Source: Vampirovibrionaceae bacterium NZW_1234 (GTDB taxonomy: Bacteria > Cyanobacteriota > Vampirovibrionia > Vampirovibrionales > JAGQHJ01). From it: a stretch of 64,000 nucleotides of DNA. The stretch covers positions 1 through 64,000 of the forward strand of contig JBGUGD010000009.1 in the NCBI GenBank assembly GCA_041697335.1. The letters run 5' to 3'. The position numbers and the translations under genes were made by a program. Positions 1-8,261 of the stretch are shown piece after piece. Below the pieces are notes generated by a model. The model saw only the letters and a program-made list of their open reading frames with translations, made no database searches and was not told where the DNA came from. Within the stretch, counting starts at the first letter, position 1. Each line of letters begins with the position of its first letter.

Positions 1-918
1 CCATGCAATACACAGCCAATTTTATATCCCATAAACACGTGCTATCAACCTAGTCCGTGCTGGCAGGTGAAGCCGCCATGCGATCCTCCGCCACCGCCGC
101 CACCGCCGCCGCCACCGCCGCCGCCACTGCCGCCACCGCCGCCGCCACCGCCACCGCCGCCGCCACCGCCGCCACCGCCGCCGCCACCGCCGCCGCCAGG
201 CAAAGGCAATATTGATGTGTGGGTGCCGATTCACTGCACACCGCCGGACGGCAAATATTACGATCCGATCATTAAAATCGTGAACCAGCAAACCGGAGAA
301 GTTTTCTATGACGGGTTAATTCCACATCATCACGATATAACCAATCTTCCCTTGGGGACGTATACCGTTTCCGGAAGTTATGGATTGCCGGGCAGTGAAT
401 TTCCGACACGAACCGTTACGATATCGGCCCAAAATCCGAGTTTCCGGGTGGACTTTACGTCCATGGCGAATCCGGATGTGTGCGCTCCGCCACCGCCACC
501 GCCACCGCCAGGGGTTGCGTCTGAGTGGACCTACTTTGACTGTGAATATCGAGTCACCACTACCTTTAAGATTTTGGAGGTCACTGGCGATTCAGTCAGG
601 TTACATGTCAAATCATCCCCCAATGCCAATGTTTACGACGCCGATGAAGAGCGAGTCTATCGTTTACAGGACATTATATCGGCCGATCGGGTCAACGATC
701 CGACTAAGCATATGATGTATTGGGAAGTTCGGGATTATGGTCTCCAGCAGACGACGACCTATGAAGTCCTGTCGGTTAACGGCACCACAGCCCAGGTGAA
801 AGTGACAGCCCCGAATGGAACGGTCAGCACCCAGACCATGCCCTTGTCCCAAGTGCCAATGGACACCGATGCATGTGCTTATTGGAACGGCCAATTGCAG
901 AACAATGGTGGCGGATAG
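1..918 (+). CDS. Poly-proline-linker protein, probably surface or secreted (5'-truncated by the window edge)
   Basis: Frame 1 is open from base 1 (PCNTQPILYP...). A ~38-residue Pro run is followed by a beta-rich domain (LPLGTYTVSG, prealbumin/CarboxypepD_reg-like), a second Pro run, and two related C-terminal segments. Confidence 0.75.
   Translation, partial: PCNTQPILYPINTCYQPSPCWQVKPPCDPPPPPPPPPPPPPPLPPPPPPPPPPPPPPPPPPPPPPPGKGNIDVWVPIHCTPPDGKYYDPIIKIVNQQTGEVFYDGLIPHHHDITNLPLGTYTVSGSYGLPGSEFPTRTVTISAQNPSFRVDFTSMANPDVCAPPPPPPPPGVASEWTYFDCEYRVTTTFKILEVTGDSVRLHVKSSPNANVYDADEERVYRLQDIISADRVNDPTKHMMYWEVRDYGLQQTTTYEVLSVNGTTAQVKVTAPNGTVSTQTMPLSQVPMDTDACAYWNGQLQNNGGG
85..198 (+). repeat. (CCG/CCA)n trinucleotide tract encoding poly-Pro
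   Basis: Direct reading. Mixed CCG/CCA codons with one CTG interruption. Confidence 0.95.
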
Positions 919-948
919 CTTTAGATGAGCTGTTCCTGGTTGCGAGGG

Positions 949-1653
949 TCACTGGGATTCATGAATTCGGACAAGCCGAAAGGAATCTCCCTCGTAGGTG
1001 CGAACCGGCTTGGTCCGCATCAGTTGTCTGGCTTGCTCTCGTTGAGACTGCTTTGATGATGCTTTTGCCTCTTGTACCAGCGCATCCAACTTGTCTTTCA
1101 AACGCTCCAGGGCAGCTTTGCGATTCTGGGTTTGGGAACGTTGGTCCTGGGCTTTGATATGGATACCGGTCGGAATATGACTGACGCGAATGGCGCTGGC
1201 GGTTTTATTGACTTTCTGGCCGCCAGGTCCGGAGGCTCGGGTGGCTTGGATTTCAACAGCTTCGGGATCCAGTTTCGGGATGTCCTTGAGCTGAATGGGC
1301 TTGATGGCCACAAACCAGGAGTGGCGTTTGTGACCTGCTCGCTGTTTGCTCTGACCAATCCAGCGGATGCTGCCCAGCCAGGATTTCATAAACGCCATAG
1401 GGTCTTGGCCGTTGACGTCAAAAATTAGGGATTGCAGCAGATTGTTCTTGCGATTGCGGTTTTCGAAGAGGGGTAAGACCTGAAGCTGATGCTTTTGGGC
1501 GTCCTGCTTCAGTGCAAGAAATGTCTGCTCAAGCACCCAGCTGCATTCATCGGGGCCATTACCCGTGGTTAACTGAAAAACCGTTTTCTGGGTTTGAGGT
1601 TTTGAGGGGTGGTTACCAAATCGTGTGGAGAGGGAAGTGACAATCGATCGCAT
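949..1653 (-). CDS. prfH: Peptide chain release factor H-like protein
   Basis: GPGGQKVNKT (GGQ motif), plus PrfH-type segments LTTGNGPDEC and GSIRWIGQS...HKRHSWFV. ATG 1653 chosen as start. Confidence 0.85.
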   Translation of the reverse strand: MRSIVTSLSTRFGNHPSKPQTQKTVFQLTTGNGPDECSWVLEQTFLALKQDAQKHQLQVLPLFENRNRKNNLLQSLIFDVNGQDPMAFMKSWLGSIRWIGQSKQRAGHKRHSWFVAIKPIQLKDIPKLDPEAVEIQATRASGPGGQKVNKTASAIRVSHIPTGIHIKAQDQRSQTQNRKAALERLKDKLDALVQEAKASSKQSQREQARQLMRTKPVRTYEGDSFRLVRIHESQ

Positions 1654-1850
1654 AGGGCAGACTCGCTTGGAGATGAACACGGTGTCATATCATTGATATC
1701 ATATTAATGCCCCTCAGGACAGAAAATTGCGTTAGGCGACAAAGTTTGCTGAAATAAGACGAATGCGGTGTTCTATGGTGAGTTGTGACAGATTCATCAT
1801 CGAAATCAAGCGCGATATCAAAAATACCCTTTGAGTCGTTTTATCACCAT

Positions 1851-2963
1851 ATGCAGTTCTATGATCCCCGATATTCCTATAGCGGCATGTGGCCGGTCTA
1901 TCCCCAGAGACCGTCGCCCCGGGGATTTGCACGTATGCCGGCAACAGCCAGTATTAGCGGCGATAGTCCTGGTGAGCTTCGCCTGCAAGCTGAGCAGCTC
2001 AAGAACTTGGGCAACGAATACCGCAAGAACAAAATGTATGCCAAGGCTCTTGACGCCTATCAGCAGGCCATTCAAACGGACAGCCGATACACGGATGCCT
2101 ATTTCAATATGGGGCAATTGCACGCCTTGGTGGGCAATATGCCAAAAGCCATCCAGGCATTGACACAGCTGCTGTTTATCACCCCGAATGACCACGATGC
2201 CCGCGTGGTTTTGGGCGAGTATTATGAAAAAGCGGGAAATACTCAGGAAGCGAAGAAACGGTATATGGAAGTGCTTCAGGCCAAACCGGATTTCGATCCG
2301 GCCAGCCGTCGCCTGGATTATTTGCTCTATCTCGACCAGAAGCGTTTCTACCCCGAAACGGCGCAAACCTTAATGGACACCCAGTATCGGGAGATTATTC
2401 ATAAAGCCCGTAGCCTGTTAAAGCAGTTTTATACCCTTCATCATCCCAATCCTATTGTTTTGAAACTCTCCCAGGAAATTCCCATCGCTTTTGAGGATAC
2501 CCAGATGCTGGGTGAGACGGCGAATATTGCCGAATACGATAATCGCAAGGGATTAATCCGGGTGCATCCGCAGATGATGTTCTCGACGCCCAATATTGTG
2601 GCGGCCTACCTGGTGCATGAGTTGGTTCATGCTGTGGATCAAAATGATTCCACATCAATTATTGAAGAACAGGACGGTTATCGGGCGTTGGCAAGGTTCT
2701 GGAGTATTTATAAAGGCCCTGAAACAGACCCAAACCTGGATCGAGCTGTAGAACTGTATCAACGAAGCCCCGATGCTTTGGATCAAGAAGTACGACGAAT
2801 TTATACCATTCGAGATGCAACGATTCCGGAACGTTCGGCAGGTCATGGACTTCCTGCAACCAGTGCCATGGCCATTGCGTCTCAAGAATTCGAGTCAAAG
2901 CTGGCTGTTGCGAACCTGCAGCGCTTGAAACAGGCTCTGGCGCTAAAGGCGAGTCAAAAGTAG
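1851..2963 (+). CDS. TPR-repeat protein with C-terminal HExxH putative zinc-peptidase domain
   Basis: TPR-like repeats (LGNEY..AYQQAI, AYFNMG, ARVVLGEYY) and LVHELVHA followed by EEQDGY. Start uncertain. Confidence 0.75.
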   Translation: MQFYDPRYSYSGMWPVYPQRPSPRGFARMPATASISGDSPGELRLQAEQLKNLGNEYRKNKMYAKALDAYQQAIQTDSRYTDAYFNMGQLHALVGNMPKAIQALTQLLFITPNDHDARVVLGEYYEKAGNTQEAKKRYMEVLQAKPDFDPASRRLDYLLYLDQKRFYPETAQTLMDTQYREIIHKARSLLKQFYTLHHPNPIVLKLSQEIPIAFEDTQMLGETANIAEYDNRKGLIRVHPQMMFSTPNIVAAYLVHELVHAVDQNDSTSIIEEQDGYRALARFWSIYKGPETDPNLDRAVELYQRSPDALDQEVRRIYTIRDATIPERSAGHGLPATSAMAIASQEFESKLAVANLQRLKQALALKASQK

Positions 2964-3327
2964 TTGATTCGTTTGAAAAAAGTAAGTTTCTATCGAAATG
3001 GCGTGCGATGGGATGGCGTCAATAAAATCCTTTTGTTACAAAAAATAAACATTTGCTTGTGCAATTCAACATCCTTGTCTAGGATAGAACTATTGAAAGG
3101 GGCGATAAAACTGGTTTTTGGGGTTGGTTTTAACCGATGAATTTTAGGTTTGGATTGAGATAGCAGTATGAACAAACGGGCGTAGGTTGGGCAACAGTAA
3201 TTTTATGGCAGTATTGTCGTGAAGTGCCAAGATACGCCCATTTTCCTTTTTTAAAGTGGCCTGGAGGGGCCGATTGATTAGAAATTGAGAATTAGGTGAA
3301 TAGGTTTCGTAACGAGGCTGTGTTGGG

Positions 3328-4668
3328 ATGGGTTTAAACCGGGTCGATCATGTCATGCCGACCGTTGTCAGGAGTCGCCTGAGAACGCCAATTTTCGGCG
3401 AATCGGCTCTTTTGGGGCCGTTTGGACATCCGCAGGCTTCCGATACTCTGCATCACTCCCGAGGCCATAAGACCCAGGTGACCTCACTCATTGGCGGAGG
3501 ACAGATTTTTCAGGCCATTGATGCGTTGCTTTCCCGGGCAAAGCAGTCCGTCATGGTCAATCTCTACAGTCTGGAAGATCCGGTATTGAACCCGGAGCGT
3601 CTTTGCTCTCCGGCCATACCCGGTAGCGACAGGCAACGCTTGATAGTCCAGAAGTTGGCCCAGGCAGCACGGCAAGGAATCAAAGTCACTGCAATTCTTG
3701 ATAGTGGCTATGATGATCGAGATGGTACCTATAAAAATGACCAGGTGATGCAATACCTTCGCTCGAACGGTGTAGAAGTCCTGGCCTATCCCAGGAAATT
3801 TGCCAAGCTGAATCATGTGAAGGCCATGGTCGTTGATAATCAGTTTGCCGTACTGGGTGGGATGAACTGGGGCAATCACTCTGCCGTCAATCACGATGCT
3901 TGTGTGATGCTGGAAGGGGACGATGTCTCTTCCATTGTTCATAAACTGTTCAAGCCGGATTATGTGTTTTCCGGAGGCAACCTCAACAATTTGGAACTGC
4001 CGCCGGTGATTTCCGAGGAGGCGGTCCGAGTGGTGACAACCGCACCCGCTGGTTCCCCGGGCGGGCGCAAGAACACAATCCTCAAGGAATTGTTGCGTCG
4101 GATTGAGCAGGCTCAGGACAGCATTATCTGCGAAGTCTATACCCTGACAGACAGGCTGGTGGCCGACAAGCTGATTGCGGCGCACAATCGGCTTAAACGT
4201 CGAGGCAAGCCAGGCGTTCGGATTTTGGTGGACCCCACGCAGTACGTTCAATCGGAATCCAATCGCCCTATCGTTGACTATTTGCGGGATAAAGGGGTGC
4301 CCATTCGTTTTTATAAAGTGGATTGGCGAACCCAGCAGAAACTTCATGCCAAGTGGGCCGTGTTTGATAGCCGGCACCTGTTTATCGGCTCTGCAAACTG
4401 GTCCAAGGCGGGTCTTCAGACAGATGGGGGCAAGCATTCAACCCGGCGCAATCATGAGGCCAATCTGAGCATTGATTCCGCACCGCTGTGTCGGCCCTTT
4501 ACTCAGCAATTCGAACAGGACTGGACGAAACAGTCGTTGCCCCTCAACACATTGCCGGATCTCATTGCCGACATTCCAGAAGAGGTCCGACACCGAATGA
4601 AATCGCTGGCCTTGCCCCCAGCTTCGGGCGGGAAACAAAATCCGTTTGCACAAGGGCCACGGCCGTAA
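3328..4668 (+). CDS. Phospholipase D superfamily protein with two HKD motifs
   Basis: HVKAMVVD...GGMNW and HAKWAVFD...GSANW. Confidence 0.9.
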   Translation: MGLNRVDHVMPTVVRSRLRTPIFGESALLGPFGHPQASDTLHHSRGHKTQVTSLIGGGQIFQAIDALLSRAKQSVMVNLYSLEDPVLNPERLCSPAIPGSDRQRLIVQKLAQAARQGIKVTAILDSGYDDRDGTYKNDQVMQYLRSNGVEVLAYPRKFAKLNHVKAMVVDNQFAVLGGMNWGNHSAVNHDACVMLEGDDVSSIVHKLFKPDYVFSGGNLNNLELPPVISEEAVRVVTTAPAGSPGGRKNTILKELLRRIEQAQDSIICEVYTLTDRLVADKLIAAHNRLKRRGKPGVRILVDPTQYVQSESNRPIVDYLRDKGVPIRFYKVDWRTQQKLHAKWAVFDSRHLFIGSANWSKAGLQTDGGKHSTRRNHEANLSIDSAPLCRPFTQQFEQDWTKQSLPLNTLPDLIADIPEEVRHRMKSLALPPASGGKQNPFAQGPRP

Positions 4669-4718
4669 TAATAATAGAAACAGCCTACAGTGAGATTTGA
4701 GGAAATAAGACAGGAGAC

Positions 4719-5603
4719 ATGCCGATGCAACCCGTTATTTTGAAGCCCTACATTCCTGGTCCTGTTGGATACAGTGAACTCCTGGATGCGCAACAAAAGG
4801 CAGCGGCTCAGGGTGCCTCCGGTGTTTCTTTTTCGGGAAGCAAATCATGGACCCCGGAGCAGGTGGCCCAGTTTATTGATTCCACGAAGTTAACCTACAG
4901 TGCCGGCGAGGATCCGGATGCCGCTGTAAAAGCACTTTGCAAGGAAGCCGCCGAAAATCGCTTTTATGCTGTTTGCGTCCGTCCCGATAAAGTGACTCTC
5001 GCAAAGACGGCTCTCTCTGGAACACCGGTGAAAGTGGCTACCGTTATCGGCTTTCCGCAGCAAAAATTTCGGCTGGATGAACAGCAACGTTTTGCCACTA
5101 TTGGTGATGTTTCCTTGACGGAGAAGCAGGGCGAAGCCGCCCAGGCCATTCGGGATGGCGCCGATGAGTTGGATGTGGTTCTGAACGTGCGTCAATTCCT
5201 ACAGGAGGTACAGCAGCCGGAGCCGGTGGCGACACTCAATGAGTTGACATCTCTGAAGTCCATTGCCGGGAAAGTGCCGGTCAAAGTGATTTTGGAAACC
5301 GATTTGTTAGAGCCGGAACAGGTTCGTTTGGCCACGGCCGTCTGCATAAAGGCTGGGGTGGATATGGTGAAGACCTCCACCGGGATGTTGGATGGCGGTA
5401 CTGGAGCCACCGTGCCTACGGTAACCGTGATGCGTGAAGCCCTTCAGGAGGCAGGTGTATTCGGCAAGATGGGCATTAAAGCCAGTGGCGGTATCCGGGA
5501 TCTGAAAGGGGCCAAAGCATTGCTGGATGCCGGAGCGACCCGCCTTGGAACCAGCCAGGGGGTTGCCATTATAAAAGGCTTCGCGACCGGTGACGCCTAC
5601 TAG
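4719..5603 (+). CDS. deoC: Deoxyribose-phosphate aldolase
   Basis: AVCV, VATVIGFP, GADELDVV, KVILET, VKTSTG, IKASGGIR, GATRLGTS motifs. SD AGGAG upstream. Confidence 0.95.
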   Translation: MPMQPVILKPYIPGPVGYSELLDAQQKAAAQGASGVSFSGSKSWTPEQVAQFIDSTKLTYSAGEDPDAAVKALCKEAAENRFYAVCVRPDKVTLAKTALSGTPVKVATVIGFPQQKFRLDEQQRFATIGDVSLTEKQGEAAQAIRDGADELDVVLNVRQFLQEVQQPEPVATLNELTSLKSIAGKVPVKVILETDLLEPEQVRLATAVCIKAGVDMVKTSTGMLDGGTGATVPTVTVMREALQEAGVFGKMGIKASGGIRDLKGAKALLDAGATRLGTSQGVAIIKGFATGDAY

Positions 5604-5677
5604 AAGGCTCTCAATTTAACGTTCAAACGAGAATTAAATAACGATTACAGACCAAAGCAAGGTGAGGAGGAGTTTTG

Positions 5678-6364
5678 ATGCGGTTGGGATTGAATTCGGC
5701 TGTTGGTTTTTCTGGGGGAGCGATGTTGCAGGCGAAGCCCGTATCTCCACCCCGGAGAAAAACCGTGGCGGTGTATGGCGGCAATAGTGTTGAGGAGGGC
5801 AGCCCCCTGTATCGGCTGTGCTATCGCTTGGGAGAAATCTTGGCGAAAGCGGGATTTGGGGTTTTGACCGGCGGTGGTGAGGGAGCCATGCGAGCTGTTA
5901 CGGAAGGGGCAAAGAAACGTGGGGGCTATACCATTGGCATGGCGATGCCCTTTATTGGAGAAACACCCTGTGACAGCGATGAAACGCACTTTTTTGATAC
6001 TTTTTCGGCCCGGATTGATGAGGGCTATGAAGCCAGGTCGGCTATGACCATCGCTGTTCCGGGGGGCATCGGGACGTTGCAGGAAGTGACCAAGAAGGCC
6101 ACCGAGCTGTATCTGAACAAAACGATTTACCCCAGTCAAAAACAAATTCTCCTGGTCGAGCATCAAGGCTACTGGAAGCGCTTCATCGATTACCTCCAGA
6201 AAGGGCCCGTGGCCCAAGGGTTAATGAACCCCAAAGTTCTGGACTTGTTCAAGATAGTAAGGCTCTCCGAGGTGGTCCCGGCACTGAAGCAGAACGTCCC
6301 TTGGACCAAGGGCATGCCTCATATGCAAAAGCCAGACCTTTATCAGGCAAAGCAGGTGGCATAA
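5678..6364 (+). CDS. LOG family nucleotide 5'-monophosphate nucleosidase
   Basis: VAVYGG, VLTGGGEGAM and PGGIGTLQE (PGGxGTxxE) motifs. SD GGAGG. Confidence 0.9.
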   Translation: MRLGLNSAVGFSGGAMLQAKPVSPPRRKTVAVYGGNSVEEGSPLYRLCYRLGEILAKAGFGVLTGGGEGAMRAVTEGAKKRGGYTIGMAMPFIGETPCDSDETHFFDTFSARIDEGYEARSAMTIAVPGGIGTLQEVTKKATELYLNKTIYPSQKQILLVEHQGYWKRFIDYLQKGPVAQGLMNPKVLDLFKIVRLSEVVPALKQNVPWTKGMPHMQKPDLYQAKQVA

Positions 6365-6376
6365 ACGCCTGAAATT

Positions 6377-7066
6377 TTAATTACACGCTGTGGTCCCCGG
6401 GAATTCCGAAATACGATCGTAGACGGAGACAAAGGCGCAGGCATTGAAGTTGTCACCACGATCTTCCTTGGCCCATTGGTACAGGGTTTGAATCCGTTTG
6501 GTACTCGGATCAATACGAATGGGAACGATGTCTCCTCCCTTGCCAATACGATTCGGGGTTTTTCGACCGTTGAGATCCAAATACAGACATTGATTGGCAG
6601 GGTAGTCGCCACAATAGCCTGGAACATTGGGCGTATCGGGATCGGCCCAGTTCTCCGGAGTGAGGGGCAAGGGATTGGAGTATTCGGGCAAGGTCGCTGT
6701 TGCTGTTGAAAAGAGGCGAGGTTCCGTGGTGAGTCTCGTGCCATCTTGCATTAAAAAGTAGGTTTTTAGAATGGGCGTGTCTTCCGCCTTTTTGTAGGCC
6801 ATGAAGCTGCCAAAGTTAAAAATAATCGCATTAATACTCACATTGTTCAGGTTTACGCTCTGCCCGCTTTGTTTTTCATATAACTGAAACGCGCTAACCA
6901 CTTGCTGCATATTTTGCTCGGTCTTGCCCACAATATTATTCGTGGTTTCCTTATTGCCGGCCAAAAACTTGGGAATGGTCAGCATGGCAAGCAACCCTGC
7001 AAGGGCGAGTGCAATCAGCACTTCTACGAGGGACATGCCCGGATGTTTGGATCGATCATGCCTCAT
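6377..7066 (-). CDS. Type IV pilin-like protein
   Basis: Prepilin site G|MSLVEVL plus hydrophobic helix. C-terminal YLDLNGRKTPNRIGKGGD with Cys pairs. Confidence 0.85.
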   Translation of the reverse strand: MRHDRSKHPGMSLVEVLIALALAGLLAMLTIPKFLAGNKETTNNIVGKTEQNMQQVVSAFQLYEKQSGQSVNLNNVSINAIIFNFGSFMAYKKAEDTPILKTYFLMQDGTRLTTEPRLFSTATATLPEYSNPLPLTPENWADPDTPNVPGYCGDYPANQCLYLDLNGRKTPNRIGKGGDIVPIRIDPSTKRIQTLYQWAKEDRGDNFNACAFVSVYDRISEFPGTTACN

Positions 7067-8253
7067 TATTGACTCTGCCTCTGGATCACTTCAATTCCTG
7101 AGAGATAGACTTTTGTTGTCGTGGCTGGAGGGGACTGGGCTGCAGCAACTCTAATCTGGAGTTCCTCAGTATTGTTGGCTGTTTGTACCGTAGTTTGAAA
7201 GACAGCTCCTTTGCTACTGATGTTGACGGGACTACTGCTGTTGGTACTCAGCCCGGTGGCAGCATTAATGTCATACATGCTTTGTGTGAAAAGGTTGGGG
7301 CCAACGGTATGGTTGGCACCTAAGGACACAATCTCCATGGATGCAAGGGCACAGCTAATGGTAGGGGCATTACTGACACAGTTGAAGGACAGGTTTTCGT
7401 TTTTGGGTAAGAGGTAATAAAACCGGACATCGTAGGTTGTATTGGGTGTGGCTTTGAAGTTGTAATGAACCCCTTGGTTGCATTGAATCTGGCGATAATT
7501 TTTGAAAGGAATCGTCAGCAGGTTGGCATCGGCCGGGGTTTGCTTGGTATAGTTTGCGGCTGGACATCCCGTGGCCAGGGTTACAAAGTACAAGTTATTA
7601 TGGTCATTGGCACCCAAGGCATTCATATTGGTAAAGATGGTACTTTCGCCATACCATTGTTTTCCGGTTGAATCCGTGTCGAAGTTCCTGGCTGGGGCAT
7701 TCGGATTTGTGTCTGTCGAGCCCATGCGCAGACGATAGGCGTTCAGGTCATACTCGCGAGAGACCTCATAATAGGGTGTTTCTGCTCCGGCAGTATGGCG
7801 TTGTTCACGAAAAAGCTGAATTGTGACCCTGAGACGATCGTTAGAGCCGACGTAACTCAAGGCTCGTTTGAAAAACGGACCTTTCATTTCCTCAGAACCA
7901 CCACCCGTTCCCGGGCAGGTGGCTGTGTATTGGGTTGGAGATTTGAACTTTGAAGCAGGATCGCAAGCAATCGCGTAGTGGTATTGCGTGTTGCCGCTCC
8001 CCGTATAGAAGGCTATCTGATAGTCAGTGATTGGGTCAGCACTGAGCGGAAGAATATTGTCGAAAAGCTGGTCGGTCAGTACTCGATTAACCGTAGATTC
8101 CTGGGTCGTCGTAATGCCCTGTTTTTGGATATTCAGAATCATGATCATTGGAACGGTCACAATCACCAAAATGGTGAGTTGAATCAAGGTTTCTGCCAGA
8201 GAAAACCCCGATTGTCCCAGCCTGGATGTGCTCTTTGAGTGAGTGGAATTCAT
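7066..8253 (-). CDS. Minor pilin (PilV-like) with C-terminal malectin-like domain
   Basis: Prepilin site G|FSLAETL. C-terminal half has a malectin-like pattern ending YLSGIEVI. TAATG overlap with the next gene. Confidence 0.7.
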   Translation of the reverse strand: MNSTHSKSTSRLGQSGFSLAETLIQLTILVIVTVPMIMILNIQKQGITTTQESTVNRVLTDQLFDNILPLSADPITDYQIAFYTGSGNTQYHYAIACDPASKFKSPTQYTATCPGTGGGSEEMKGPFFKRALSYVGSNDRLRVTIQLFREQRHTAGAETPYYEVSREYDLNAYRLRMGSTDTNPNAPARNFDTDSTGKQWYGESTIFTNMNALGANDHNNLYFVTLATGCPAANYTKQTPADANLLTIPFKNYRQIQCNQGVHYNFKATPNTTYDVRFYYLLPKNENLSFNCVSNAPTISCALASMEIVSLGANHTVGPNLFTQSMYDINAATGLSTNSSSPVNISSKGAVFQTTVQTANNTEELQIRVAAAQSPPATTTKVYLSGIEVIQRQSQ

Positions 8254-8261
8254 AACATCCT

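Noticed and set aside
22..291. Arg/Trp-rich and poly-Ala minus-strand ORFs
   Set aside because: Alternative-frame products of the poly-Pro tract.
3250..3277. Sigma28 promoter as a general feature of leader-bearing genes (TTTAAAG...GCCGATTG before PLD)
   Set aside because: Plausible at this one site, but the spacing is non-canonical and it was not found before most other leader-bearing genes.
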